A stretch of 64,000 nucleotides of DNA from Octopus vulgaris (taxonomy: Eukaryota). The notes under the pieces are model-generated. The model was given only the letters and a program-made list of their open reading frames with translations, was not told where the DNA came from and ran no database searches. Positions within the stretch are counted from its first letter, which is position 1. Each line of letters starts with the position of its first letter. A program made the translations under genes and the position numbers. Below are positions 41,442 to 54,857 of the stretch, in pieces. Location of the stretch: NCBI GenBank assembly GCA_951406725.2, contig OX597816.1:67270001-67334000 (forward strand), written 5' to 3'.

Positions 41442-41551
41442 AGTGATAATAAGATCTTCCGTGAGTCATCTGAAGCCTATCTTGCTGAAAAGAGCAAACT
41501 AAAGGAGTTGGTCTCACAGAAGGAGCTTGCTGAGAAAAAATATTCATTAAA
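41442..41551 (+). CDS. ICE1: ICE1-like exon 7 (110 nt; SDNKIFRESSEAYLAEKSKLKELVSQKELAEKKYSL-N)
   Basis: tttttctacttcAG acceptor; AA|GTTAGT donor; phase 0 to 2; K/E/L-rich. Confidence 0.8.
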
Positions 41552-42318
41552 GTTAGTTGAAGTTTTTATTGTGCATTTATTCATATTTCTGTGAATTGTA
41601 TCAGGTGAAGTCGTTTATTGTTCTTTGCTTCTGATGACATAACTTCGGTCATACTCTCTCTCTCTCTCTCACACACACCTCTACCACCACCAAGTAGATA
41701 CATCTTAATCACTCTTATTGTTCGAACTACAGTAACCATATATCAACCACTAAGCCAACAAGGGAGCCTCTACACAGTTACTCAGCCTTCAAGAAACAGC
41801 AATCAAATCTCCCTCATATCACATCATCTTAGAAAAAAAAAGGAAGACCATTGGATAATGTGTTCTTTGATACACTAAACCTGAAAAAAAAAAGGAAAAA
41901 CAACTGGGTGGCTATGGTTGGAATTTATATTTTGATCATAGGTTAACTCATCATTATCATCACCATTGTCTTTTTAATGTCCATTTTCCCATGCTTACTG
42001 GATGAGAAGGAATGTTTTGAGTTAGATTTTTCTATGGCCAGATTCCCTTTCTGTTGCTAGCCATTACATATTTCGAAGCAACATTTGAGGAAGATTTGGT
42101 TGCAGTTTCTAGTGTATCATGTTACCCTGTATATGCTTCCTTGGTGGCTCAGAACTGTTTTATAATGGACATCTGGTGTAAAACTGTAAAGAATTGGGAT
42201 TCAGAATGACAGGATATTCAATAAAATAAATGTTTTGATATTACGGATTAAAAATATATTGTTGTTCTGTATGTTCTATTGCTGATCATAATAAAAATAA
42301 TTGCGATTTCTGTTGCAG

Positions 42319-42356
42319 CATTGAGAAGAAAGACAAGCGGATTAAAGTGTTAACAC
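42319..42356 (+). CDS. ICE1: ICE1-like exon 8 (38 nt; IEKKDKRIKVLT-Q)
   Basis: tttctgttgcAG acceptor; AC|GTGAGT donor; phase 2 to 1. Confidence 0.8.
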
Positions 42357-42539
42357 GTGAGTTTATAATATTTTAATATTCCTTTTTGTTTTCCTTTTCT
42401 TTTTTATTATATGCTAGTGCTATCAGTTTTGAATTTTAACCCTTACAGAACTGGAATTGTCAATAAGTAATTTTTCTAAAGTACACTGAGAGACAGTAGT
42501 TCTGATTGTCATGCCATTTTCTATCCTTATATAATGCTA

Positions 42540-42935
42540 GGTAGCCATCTACTTTGTCTCCAACAATTCGGTGCGACACCAGTGCAGAATCACCTCCCTT
42601 AGACAAGTCATCCTAACAAGACGTCTGCGTTGGCTGGGTCATGCCTTCCATCGTCAACCAGGGTAATTCATCTACAAAGCAATTGCCCCAGCTCCCCTTC
42701 AGGATTGGCAAAAGTGATGTGGTGGACAACGAAAAACCTGGCTGATGACAGTCAAGGCTGATCTGGAACCCAACCTAGGCCCCCATATCTATGGCGTTTG
42801 CCGCTGGAATAGGGAGTGGTTGGAGATCACGCGATCGTTAGCCTCGTCTGGTCGGCATTTGTGAGAGATGCAGCATTGAGGATGAATGAAGCCAGCTCAA
42901 CCCACCCCGGATGAATGCTGTCCCAAGTCAAGTCA
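42540..42935 (+). mobile_element. Degenerate LINE 3' fragment (RTE-like)
   Basis: RRLRWLGHAF...GGQRKTWLMTVKADLE with stops; caagtcaagtc tail. Confidence 0.6.
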
Positions 42936-44685
42936 TGTATCTTCTGTCCAGCAGGAAACCTTTTTCTGTCTATCATATTTTCACCTCCCAACAACACCAG
43001 GCATAAACCTGCCTCCTCCTCAGTGGAATAGTCTCTATTCTCTTAACATGGCAGCCTCACTTGTACAAGTAGCACAAAAATGTATCCAGAACACTCTGTA
43101 AAGTAGTTGGCATTAATTGGAGCATACATTGAAACTTGGCACATTCTTTTATTTCGGAACCTATCAAACCATCCAACCCATACCAACATGGATGGATGTT
43201 GGCATGGGTTGGATGCTGCTGGTGATGACAAACCTTCAGTTTTAAATATAAATTTTTGCGCCTTTTTATGAGACCACAGTGACATGCTTGAACACCAATA
43301 AGCATAATTAAACAGCTAAACTGGTCAATGTTTAATCAGCATCCATTTACAAAAGACTTTCCACATCATAGAAAGAAAGAAATTATGATAATTATCTGTA
43401 AAGATAATTATTAATTAGTGTGAAGATAATTATTAATTAGTGTTATAGAGAAGTACAAATATACTGTTAATGTGGATATGAAATGTGAAAATATTAGTGA
43501 GTAAACTTCTCTTCGTGTGTGTTTGTGTGTGATCCTCATCATTTAATGTTTGTTTTTCATGCTTGCTTGGGTTGGGTGGTTTGACAGGATCTGAAAACAC
43601 AGGGCCACGCCAAGTTCCAATGTCATCTTTGGTATGGATTCTACTGCTGGATGCCCTTCCTAAAGCCAACACACTTTGCATAGTGTACAGGGTGTTTTTT
43701 TTCCATGTCACTGATACTATTAAGATTGCCAAGTGACTAGCAAGACAAGAAGAAAGAACAGGCAGAATGAAAAAGGAAAAAAAGCCCGCTTGACTAAATG
43801 GGGTGTAGGATGTATTTGAGGAGATATGATGGTTCAATACCAGATGTTTGTCATACACACACACACACACACACACACACATAACATGGCCTTGCTTGGT
43901 TGGGTCTATACGTGTTACTTTGAAATCATAATTCCATAAAATTTGTTTATGGGGAGAAAAATATTGAGAAATATCAATAGATGTGTGAGTGAGAAAGAAA
44001 CGAGGAGGGAGGTTTTGGGATTTAGCAATTTCTTTTTAAACCGAAAATGTTTCTCTCAAATGCTTAGTGAAAAAAGAAGAAAAAATGGCCAAAATCACAT
44101 TGGACTGAGGTGGTGAGGGGTTGGCAGGGTGAAAAAAATTTTTTTCCGAAAAGATGCCTTCCATGATTCTGAAGACTTTGATGGAAAACAATGGAAAAAA
44201 ATCCGTCAAAATTGAGAAATTCCAACTTATGTGGACTGTCTGATCTGAAACATCCATTTTCCAGAAACTCCTCCCCATTGCCCCCTTCTAAAAATTTTGC
44301 TTACAAATTTCTTTATAACCATAATCTACACTGTTTGAAAGGTATTTGTATAAAATTTCATTAAAAAATACCTATTTTCCAGAATGTCATGAGGGGACAA
44401 ATGTCAAGTCTTGTGAATTTTCCAAAATTCCTCTCCCCAACCCCCTCAGAAAATTTTTCCAACAAATCTTTACACACACCCAATCTACAGGAAAAAAGCA
44501 ATTATTTGGTGAAAGTTTTGTTAAAAAGTATCCATTTTTCTGGAAGTTATGAAGCAACAAAGTAGGTGGGGTATTAAACTATAGTTATGACTTTTTTCAA
44601 TAAAAGTTAACGTTAATGGATTAACATTAACTTCCATTATATTTTCAAAGAATTAACGGATTAACAAAGTTAACTTTTTGATTAA

Positions 44686-44906
44686 CCCTTTCGTTACCAA
44701 CCTGGCTGAAACTGCCTCTAGCTCAGTAGTACAAATGTCTTATTTGCATAAGTTTTGAATTAAAATCTTCCACCAAACCTTAGTCACAATTTATGTTCCT
44801 AACACTAGCTTAATAATAACTGAGTTATTTTACTAAATTCTTTGTTATGTTTAAAATAATTGAAAGAAACACAGAGCATCTCAAAGTAAATACGGTAACG
44901 AATGGG
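44686..44906. mobile_element. piggyBac-type MITE. Inverted copy near 53343-53570; relatives near 45920-46138 and 58380-58843
   Basis: TTAA|CCCTTTCGTTACC...GGTAACGAATGGG|TTAA. Confidence 0.8.
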
Positions 44907-45466
44907 TTAATGGTATCCACCTCTGTATCTATGTATGTGCATATTTATCTGCCATTTCCTTCAGTATAACTACTTTGTCATTTATGCTTCTCGTCCTTCT
45001 CATGTCTTGATGATTCTGTCTCTCTTACTCTGTGTGTGTGTGTAGCATTTCTTTACTCCTTTGATTTATCCCTCTTTAATTCTCTCTCCATATGATGTAA
45101 AGTATAATGGGAGAAATCAGCCAACCCACATTTATGTTGGTTATGATATCTGTGTGTGTGTGTTTGTGTTACCCATACAGGTGAGTGAAGTGAAATTACC
45201 CGTATGAGTAACACCTCAAATAAAACTGCTTAGGATTGTCAACCTTCAGATTTGAACGTGTTGCAATTTATTTAATATAAATCATCTGAATGCATGTTAC
45301 TATTATATCAAAGGACACTGGGACACTTAACTGACAGAAACACATGTTGGAGTGGAATATGAAGAAAATACTTCAATAAGTAAATTTGGAAGATGTATTA
45401 TTCTCCATTCTTCATTATGATACCTTAATTATATATACACACACACACACACACATATATATCACA

Positions 45467-45768
45467 ATGGCTCAGTGGTTAGGGCAGTGGACTTGTGGTT
45501 GTAAGATCTCAGTTTTGATTCTCAGACCGGGCCTTGTGAGTGTTTATTGAGTGAAAACACTTAAAGCTCCACGAGGCTCCGGCAGGGGGTGGTGGCGATC
45601 CCTGCTGTGCTCTTTCGCCACAACTTTCTTTCAATCTTTCTTCTGTTGGCCTGCTCGCTTAGCCAGCAGGGTGGCGTCATTTGAAGGCTAAAACAATGTG
45701 AAGTGCATTGTGACCAGCGATGTGTAGCAACATCTGATAGCCTGGTCAGTCACAGTGATCACGGTAAC
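45467..45768 (+). mobile_element. tRNA-derived SINE, same head as 51625-51928 but a different tail
   Basis: tggctcagtggttagggcagtggac...ttgagtgaaaacac...aaagctccacgaggctc is shared; sequence diverges after tctttcttc. Confidence 0.7.
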
Positions 45769-46455
45769 ATATATATGCATTCAATCATATTTGAGTTGTG
45801 TTGTGCATGTTTGTTCAAGTGTCTATGTTGATACTGCTTGTAAAACAATGCTCTATGTTCATGTCCTTTGTAAATTAGCAGTTTGAAAAAAGATTGATTA
45901 AAATAAGAGCCAGACTTGACCCATTAGCATTTAAACTGGCCATATCCAGCCAAGGTATTCTACCTATTTAATGTTCAGACTGACCAGATCTTGCCTCTCA
46001 CACCTACCCTACTATGTCATTCTAAAAATAAGCATTCACATATCGAAATCACAAGGATATGAGATAATGTGTGATTAATTCAAAACATTGTGAATAAATA
46101 AGCATTACATTTGACAGAGTAATCTGAATGCTAAAGGGTTCCAAATGATCAACTAAAATCCTTCAAAGCTTTGCCTCAGGAAGACCAAAGTGTTATAACT
46201 GAAACATGTAAATGAGGAAAAGAGAATACAAGAAAATAAAGCTTGATAAATTAAAAGAAAGTAAATTTATGAAAATGAAGATAAATCCTGTATTTACATT
46301 AACCTTCTTAATATCAACAAATCCTCTTTTGAGAATTTATTTTCTGTAACTTTCAAATATTGTTTTTTTTTTTTCTTTCTATGAATGCCATTGTCCTAAC
46401 AATTTAGTAATTAGTGTTTTTCCCCCTCCATGTCTTTCTATTTGTCTCAGGGCAT

Positions 46456-46956
46456 TCAAATATTTTCATTTAAATCCGTGGGTGCTTGTTGATATTTCCT
46501 TCTATAGGACCTGATAAATCTAACAATATAACAAGTAAAAATTATAAGCAATAAAGAACAATTTATACCGACAATGATTAAACCTTCTTTAAAATAGTCA
46601 TATTTGATGTAAATGACCACATTAACCGTGGTATTCATCTTAGTTTCCACCTGCATGCATGTGTAGGAACCAGAATCCTGAACAGTAGCATTTCTTATGA
46701 ATAATGTGTTTGAGATTTGCTCAATATGATTGCCGTCATATTCATTGACCTTGGTACCATTTGGTAAAAGCCAGGTAATGTTTCCTTTGTGTGGGAGGCT
46801 GCATTCGTATTTTAAAGATTTCCCTTGTTCTTGAGGATGAGGAAATGGGTCTATTTTTAGGTCCTGTGAATGAGTTTCAGTGGCTTCACTTGCCTTGAAG
46901 ACAATGGTAATGATGACAATACATAAGACGATCAGTGGTCTTGAATCTGTAGACAT
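46456..46956 (-). CDS. Single-Ig-domain type I membrane protein, 166 aa, nested antisense in ICE1-like intron 8
   Basis: Signal peptide (LIVLCIVIITIVFKASEA); I-set hallmarks YEC...ITW...TLFIRNA...DSGSYTC; four N-glycosylation sequons (NIT, NGT, NAT, NTT); hydrophobic segment GLIIVGINCSLLLIIFTCYIV followed by basic RFIRSYRRK. Acceptor tatttttcAG 5 nt before the ATG; AATAAA on minus at 46336-46341. Confidence 0.9.
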   Translation of the reverse strand: MSTDSRPLIVLCIVIITIVFKASEATETHSQDLKIDPFPHPQEQGKSLKYECSLPHKGNITWLLPNGTKVNEYDGNHIEQISNTLFIRNATVQDSGSYTCMQVETKMNTTVNVVIYIKYDYFKEGLIIVGINCSLLLIIFTCYIVRFIRSYRRKYQQAPTDLNENI

Positions 46957-49305
46957 TATTCCTGAAAAATATATCGTACAAGAATTTAACAAATAAGGTT
47001 TTACTAACAGTTTGATATGTGTGTGTGTGTGTATGTATCATAGATATATATATGTATCATTATATTATATAATAATTTACATGTAATTAGGCATATATAT
47101 CATCATTATAGTTTTATGTCCATCTTCCATGGGTGGGATGGGTTCACAAGAGCCAGCCAGCCAGAAGCCTGCACGAGACTTCTGTGACTGTTTTGGCAGG
47201 ATTTTTACAGCTGGATGTCCTTCCTAACACCAACATCATCATCATCATCATCATCATCAAAATGGACTTAGTGCTTTTTACGTGCCACAAGCACAGGCGA
47301 GGTCAGTTTTGGTAAGGTTTTTACAGCTGGATGCCCTTCTGAGCACCAATCACTTTATAGTGTGGACTAGGTGCTTTTTAAGTGGTACCTGCACTGACAG
47401 GGTCACCAAGTACTTGCAGGACAAAAAAATCGCTTTTGAGAGGGAAAGGGGCATTGGAGAAGGTGATCTTTTGTCAGATGATGAAAGGTTAGAGTGAGAC
47501 AGAGAGACAGAAACATGTGTCTTGCTGCAGAGGAAGTACAAGATTACTGGCTGGTGAGAGAGAGAGAGAGAGATCAGGAATGAAGACAGAAACAGGTGTG
47601 CTACCGCAAATGAAATACATGGTTATCCAACCTGAGGGAAGTCAGGAGAAAGAGAGAGTGGGAGACAGCAGGATAAAGATGGTGGCAAAATGCTGGGCAT
47701 ACTCACAAGAGATGGGGGATCAGAATATAAATGGAATGGCTGAGTAAAGGAAGAGAAAGATATAGATGGTGGCAAGTGCCAGGGCATACCCTTGAGATTC
47801 AATTGCCATAATATAAGTGGCAGGATATTGTGAAAGAAGTGTGATTAAAGAGTGTGGAGTGGGGTATATATATATATATACGAGCAAAACACCCCCCCTC
47901 CAATGGACGAGGCTGATGTACTTGTGCGTACAAATGCACGTTCCCATGGCTTTATTGATCACATTCTTATCTGGAATCGATTTTTGTAATTTTTTCAAGA
48001 CTTATACTCACCCTGATACCTTTGGTATCTACATATCAAATTTGAGCGCAATCGGATGGAGGATGCCTGAGATCCTGGAAGACACACACACAGACAGACA
48101 GAATGGATTTTATATAAGATATATATGTGTCGGTGGCACATAAAAAACACCTTCCGAGCGTGGCCGTCTGCCAGCCTCGTCTGGCACCTGTGTCGGTGGC
48201 ACATAAAAAACACCATCCGAGCGTGGCCGTCTGCCAGCCTCGTCTGGCACCTGTGTCGGTGGCACATAAAATCACCCACTACACTCTCGGAGTGGTTGGC
48301 GTTAGGAAGGGCATCCAGCTGTAGAAACACTGCCAGATCTGACTGGCCTGGTGTAGCCTTCGGGCTTGCCATACCCCAGTTGAACCGTCCAACCCATGCT
48401 AGCATGGAAAGTGGACGTTAAACGATGATGATGATGATATATATATATATTATATCCTGACTCTCCATTGTTTATGACAACAAGTGTTCCAGTTGATCTG
48501 ATCAATGGAACAGCCTACTTGTGAAATTAAGATGTAAATGCCTGAGAACTCCACAGACACACGTCCCCTTAACGTAGTTCTCAGGAAGATTCAGCATGAC
48601 AAGGAGTATGACTAGGCTGGCCCTTTGAATTACAGGAACATTTTTACTTTTTACCAGCTGAGAGGACTGGAGGAACGTGAAATAAAGTTTTTGCTCAAAT
48701 GTACAGCATGCTGCCAGGAATTGAACTCCTGACCTTCTGAATACCCTAACTACTAAGCAATGCACCTTCACTATATCCTACATCCAATTATATAATTATC
48801 TATAGGAGAGTATTGTAGTTCGCTGGAAGCATTGTGTATTGTTTGTGAAATATAACATGTCTTGAATGGCACAACAATGCAGAGTGGACTATAATAACTG
48901 TTATAATTTAATTATTAATAGTCTGATATAATAATCATCATCATCATCGTTTAACGTCCACTTTCCATGCTGGCATGGGTTGGACGATTTGACTGAGGTC
49001 TCGCGAACCAGATGGCTGCACCAGACTCCAATCTGATTGGGCAGAGTTTCTACAGCTAGAGGCCCTTCCTAATGCCAATCACTCCGAGAGTGTAGTGAGT
49101 GCTTTTATGTGCCACTGACAAGAAGGCCAGTTAGGCGGTACTGGCAGCGGCCACACTCAAATGGTGCTTTTTATGTGCCACCTGCACACGAGCCAATCCT
49201 GTGGCACTGGCAATTTTGGAATATAAAAATTCCTTCTTCAAATATTGCTAGGAATTGATCGAGTCACTGCTGTAATTGTTTTTTTTCTTTCTCTTTTATA
49301 ATACA

Positions 49306-49674
49306 CTAGCACTAGCGTTGCTGGGTCATAGTGCTAGTGCATGCATATACAGCTGCGTGCGTGCGCACATACACGCGAGTACTGTCCAAATCTCTGACCA
49401 ATCACATATGCTGGCATTCATCTAGCTGGCATTCAATTGGCGTATCAAGTTTCGGGTAATTTGATTGGGTTTTGGATAGAAATTTCACAAAAAAGTCACT
49501 TCTATTGTTTTTTTAATGGCTTTGCAGGGTGATTGGGGAAATGTAAATATTTGCATGACCACCCTTGGACGGTTTTGAATGACCATAGAAAGTGCGAGCC
49601 CTCTAACTAAAAAATTGTGGATTTGTATAAAGGACACACACACACAGACATTTTGCTGTTTACATATAGAGAGA
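49306..49674 (+). mobile_element. Possible non-autonomous Helitron/Helentron-like element; similar end structure near 47880-48120
   Basis: Starts ACTAG with a short hairpin; ends (CA)n-gaca...tatagagagat, a pattern typical of such elements. No coding evidence. Confidence 0.35.
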
Positions 49675-49838
49675 TGAGCATGTTCCAGAAATGAACTGAC
49701 ATGCATCCAGCTGAAGCTAAATAATATATTGATTGCTAATTTCCCGCCTGCTATTAATTTGGGGCCCTAGTCTGTCCATGAGGATAGCTTCTAAAATGAA
49801 AATGCAAATTTGTATTGTAAATTATATTTATCAATTCC

Positions 49839-49870
<32 letters not shown>

Positions 49871-50991
49871 ATCAATCAATTATCTGCATGACTAGGTAAT
49901 TAAGTTGGTAATCACTCATTGTAGGAACTCATTTGTTGTCCAATAGTGATTTCTAACGTGTATTGATCACAAACTTTGGAGAAGGGTAGGACCACTAAGA
50001 TTCCTTCACCCTCATATTTAGCTACTTGTTATTTCATTGACCCAGTGTGCTGGTGGCACGTAAAAAGCACCATCCATATGTGGCCAATGCCAGCGCCACC
50101 TTGACTGGCTTCCGTGTCAGTGGCACGTAAAAACCACCAACTGATCATGGCCATTGCCAGCCTTCCCTGGCACCTGTGCCAGTGGCACATAAAAAGCATC
50201 ATCTGTACATGGTCGATGCCAGCACCACCTTGACTGGCTTCTGTGCCGGTGGCACGTAAAAAGCACCAACCGATTGTGACCATTGCCAGCCTTCCCTGGC
50301 ACCTGTGCCGGTGGCACGCAAAAAGCATCCACTGTACTCACGGAGTGGTTGGCGTTAGGAAGGGCATCCAGCTGTAGAAACAATGCCAGATCAGACTGGA
50401 GCCTGGTGCAGCCTTCTGGCTTTCCAGACCCCGGTTGAACCGTCCAACCTATGCTAGCATGAAAAAACGGACGTTAAACGATCATGATGATGATGAATAA
50501 AAGAAAGGGAAAATCAAGTTTGATGGGATTTGAACTCAGGAAGTGAAATGGCTGAACCAATTATCACATATTATTTTCTCCATTGCTTTATCCCTTCTTC
50601 CATCAAGCATCTAATAGTAGCAAACATACTGTGTGACTTTTTAAGAAGGTTTAGTGTAGAGGTTATACTAATCCAGTTATGTTGGCCTATGACAGGTATT
50701 TGACTATAATTAGTCATTATAGCTATAATTTATTAGAGTAGGTAAATTCTGGGAAGATAAAGAAAGAAAACTAATCTTGTTTATCATTCAGCTTTATCTA
50801 GTTATTTAATTATTTATTTATTTTTCATCACAGCTTATTAGATTAGTTACTAATGTTATTTAACCCCAGGTCACCCCTGATCCAGTAGACCTATGAACAT
50901 TCCACTATTTTCCTTTATATATATATATATATATATATATTATGGAGATGTACTCGCATAGCAAGTAATTTGATCTGAGATCGTGTGCTGT

Positions 50992-51027
<36 letters not shown>

Positions 51028-51624
51028 GACTGGAGTCTGGTGCAGCCTTCCAGCTTGCCAACCCTGGTCAAACCATCCAACCCATGCCAGTATGGACAGT
51101 GGACACTAAATGAAGATGATGACTGTTTTATCCAATATTTTTTTTTTATAAAATGGTCGAGTGTGCTTTAAAGGTTAAGAAATCACATTGTGGCTCCTTC
51201 ATTGGCTCACTAATAGAGTAATTTAGTAGAGAATTAATTAAAAGAAATTGTTGTAATTATATTATTGATAGCTGTGCATTGATGATTTAAAATGATGAAC
51301 TTCTAATAAAACTTTTATCAGTGAACAAGAGAGCACCACTCTTAAAACTTCTCTCTTATGGCATGGAAGACTATGATAAACAGAAGAACACTGAGGACAG
51401 AGCCATGGTGCCCCTCTCTTCTTCAGTTTTGAACTTGTCACTGTATTCATTGGTAACTCTCGCCTTGTTGAGAGCATGTCTTTATATGGTTTGAATGGCC
51501 TTCTGAAGCCAAGCCATTCATCTACTACTTACCTTAACACCACCCCCTACAGAACATGGAACTACACACACACATACACACATGCACATAAATAATACTT
51601 AAACTATGATCATTTATTTTTATT

Positions 51625-51928
51625 TATGCACCCTTTTCAAGCCTAGCCAGGCTCATGGGCCCAGATTCCCGGTTTCTATGGTGTATGTGTTCCCCCAGCT
51701 GGACGGGATGCCAGTCCATCGCAGCATCACTCAAGAAACGGGAAGAAAGAGTGAGAGAAAGTTGGGGCGAAAGAGTACAACAGGGGTCGCCTCCCCCCCC
51801 TGCCAGAGCCTCGTGGAGCTTTAGGTGTTTTCGCTCAATAAATATACACAACGCCCGGTCTGGGAATCAAAACCGCGATCCTCCGACTGCGAGTCCGCTG
51901 CCCTAACCACTGGGCCATTGTACCTCCA
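51625..51928 (-). mobile_element. tRNA-derived SINE (tRNA-Arg-like head; may correspond to the octopus OR family)
   Basis: A-box TGGCCCAGTGG; GGACTCGC anticodon-like arm; degenerate B-box GGTTTTGATTCC; head shared with 45467, tail shared with 32575. Confidence 0.7.
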
Positions 51929-52689
51929 ATCTATGATCATTAGTCTGACAAACGATATTTTGTTGGATTAATGATTATGGATTAAATATCTTATTCATTC
52001 TTAGACTTATTCTATGTTTATTCTAAGTCACTGGAGATAATTTGTTTTGAACTTGTTACCCCCTGGAATGTGTGTTTGTGTGTGTGTGTTTGTTTCAAGA
52101 TACATCTCACAGATACTCTGGAATGGGATCATATGAGGTTTGGAGTCTTTCACTGTCAGACCCCTTTGTCCAGTTGATCCAATCATCCTATCATTCAGGT
52201 AGCAACAAGCCTTGGGCATTCTTCTTTATTCACTATTAAGTAGGACTTCTCTCAGCAGCTTCAGTGATGGAACACACTGCTGTTTTGTCTTTGCTGCACC
52301 AATATATTTCAAATTTAAATTATATACTTGCATGAATAGTCGAATGGTGTGAATGGTGTTTTTTTTTTTTTTGACACTGTTTGAATCTCAATCACTTGTT
52401 GATAAACCAGTGCTCTTATTTAGTTGCTATGTAATCCCTTTGGCATTTAGCTCAACACATTTTGTCCAACCGAATATTGTTTCTAAATGTAGGCACAAGG
52501 TCAGCAATTTCAGGGGAAGGGATAACACTGACCCAAGTGTTCAACTGGTATTTTATTTTATCAACTCCAAAAGGATGAATGGCAATGTCAACCCTGGTGG
52601 TATTTGAATTCAGAATGTTAGGTCAGAAGAGATGCCACTAAGCATTTCTTCCAGTGCAGTAACAATTTTACCAGCTTGCTACCTTATAG

Positions 52690-53090
52690 GCATAGGAGTG
52701 GCTGTGTGGTAAGTACCTTGCTTACCAACCACATTGTTCTGGGTTCATTCCCACTGCGTGGCACCTTGGGCAAGTGTCTTCTACTATAATCTCGGGCCGA
52801 CCAAAGCCTTGTGAGTGGATTTGGTAGATGGAAACTGAAAGAAGCCCGTCGTATATATGTATATATATATATATATGTATGTTTGTGTGTCTGTGTTTGT
52901 TCCCCCACCGTTGCTTGACAACCAATGGTGGTGTGTTTACATCCCCGTAACTTAGCAGTTTGGCAAAAGCGACCGATAGAATAAGTACTAGGCTTACAAA
53001 GAATAATTCCTGGGGTCAGTTTGCTCAACTAAAGGTGGTGCTCCAGCATGGCCACAGTCAAATGACTGAAAAAACTAAAAGAGTAAAAGA
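52690..53090 (+). mobile_element. SINE family A, full-length copy on the plus strand
   Basis: ggagtggctgtgtggtaag...gggttcattcccactgcgtggcaccttgggcaagtg...gactgaaa...aaagagtaaaaga. Confidence 0.85.
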
Positions 53091-54559
53091 ATTATGTCCA
53101 ACCAAATATTGAACTAAACTAAAGACTAAATAAACTAGATAAACTAAAAGCTAGCTTTAAGAACTAGGGCTTTTAACTTTTTCAATACTGTAATATCCAC
53201 AGTATAAGTCACCTTACTGAGATATTCTGATTTTAACTTAGTCAATATATAAAGCCTTTATATTTTCCCACTTTTGTATAATCCAGTCACTTTGGTTTAA
53301 AGTGGACTACAACACAATTTTGTGCTTTTGGTGAAAAGATGTTTAACATTTTCATTACTGTATTTATTTTGAGATATTCTGTGTTTCTTTCAATTACGTT
53401 AAATATAACAAAGAATTTAGTAAAATAACTTAGCTATCATTCAGCTAGTGTTAGTAACATAAATTGCGGCTAAAGTTTGGTGGAAGATTTGAATTCAAAA
53501 CTTATGAAAACAAAACATTTGTACTCAAAGCCAGAGCTGGTTTCAGCCGAGTTGGTAACGAAAGGGTTAATGTTAAATTAAAATTGATATTATGGGAGAA
53601 TTAACTCCTAAAATATTTGTGTAATGTCAAATACTTTCTTAAAGTTGAAAGTTAAAACCCCAGTTAGTAGCAACATGTTATTTAATATTATCTGTTTGAT
53701 ACACATTACAAGACAGTCTTTTGTATTTTGATATAAATATAATTCTCTACTCTGAAATTTGACTAAAGTTAACTACAGTAGTGAAAAGGTTAATGTCAGT
53801 TGTAAGAAAGAGTGAAGTTGATATTTGCTAGTAGCAATTTATCCTGAACATTGCCGCCATTAATGCTTTATGACTGTTTTTCAATACTGATGTGGGTTGA
53901 ATAGGTCTATTTTTTAGCACAGTATCTCACCACTTTTCAAGGTCCTTCATTATTTGATGCACAAAATAGCAGAGAAAAAGACAATCATTAATCTTGTGTA
54001 TATCTTACTCTGGTCAATATTACAGATGTTGAGCAGTAATTCTGATCCTGTCAAACAAAGGTTTTTTTAACTCAAACACAAGGGATCTTATTTTATAATA
54101 AGATATATTAATAAGAGTGTATATATATGTTTATCAATTTGTGTTGCTGGATTCCTGATGTGAAATGAGTTAATGGACATGAGTTAAAGTAAGAACAGTA
54201 ATAAACAAATAAAAAACAAATATATAGTGTATTTATTTGGTAAAATTTTTTTTTTTTAAATGACATCCCAAAATACAAGTGTATATATAAATATATATAT
54301 ATATATATAGCATGGAAAGCGGACGTTAAATGATGATGATATATATAAATATATATATAAATGTAAAAATTCTATAATTATGAGTATAATTATAATTATG
54401 ATTCAGCAAAAATTTGCTTCACCACATACCGAAATTTAGAAATAGCAGTTAAAACTAACTATTTCACTACCATAAGACAATCTTCCAGACAGCAATACTC
54501 GACAACTCACACAAGTAAAGAGATATTACTGACATTATATATATACATACACACTTGTG

Positions 54560-54595
<36 letters not shown>

Positions 54596-54808
54596 CGTGC
54601 ATGGGCTTTGTAAAGTTTCTATCTACCAAATTGACTGTGGCCATGCTGGAGCACTGCCTTTAGTCAAGCAAATCGACCCTTGGATTTATTCTTTGTAAGC
54701 CTAGTACTTATTCTATCGGTCTCTTTTGCCAAACTGCTAAGTTACGGGGATATAAACACACCAGCATTGGTTGTCCAGCGATGTTGGGGGGATAAACACA
54801 GACACACA

Positions 54809-54857
<49 letters not shown>

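Noticed and set aside
48125-50340. Tandem ~60-65-bp units that superficially resemble a CRISPR array
   Set aside because: Whole units repeat without unique spacers, the context is eukaryotic, there are no cas genes, and they belong to a retroposon family.
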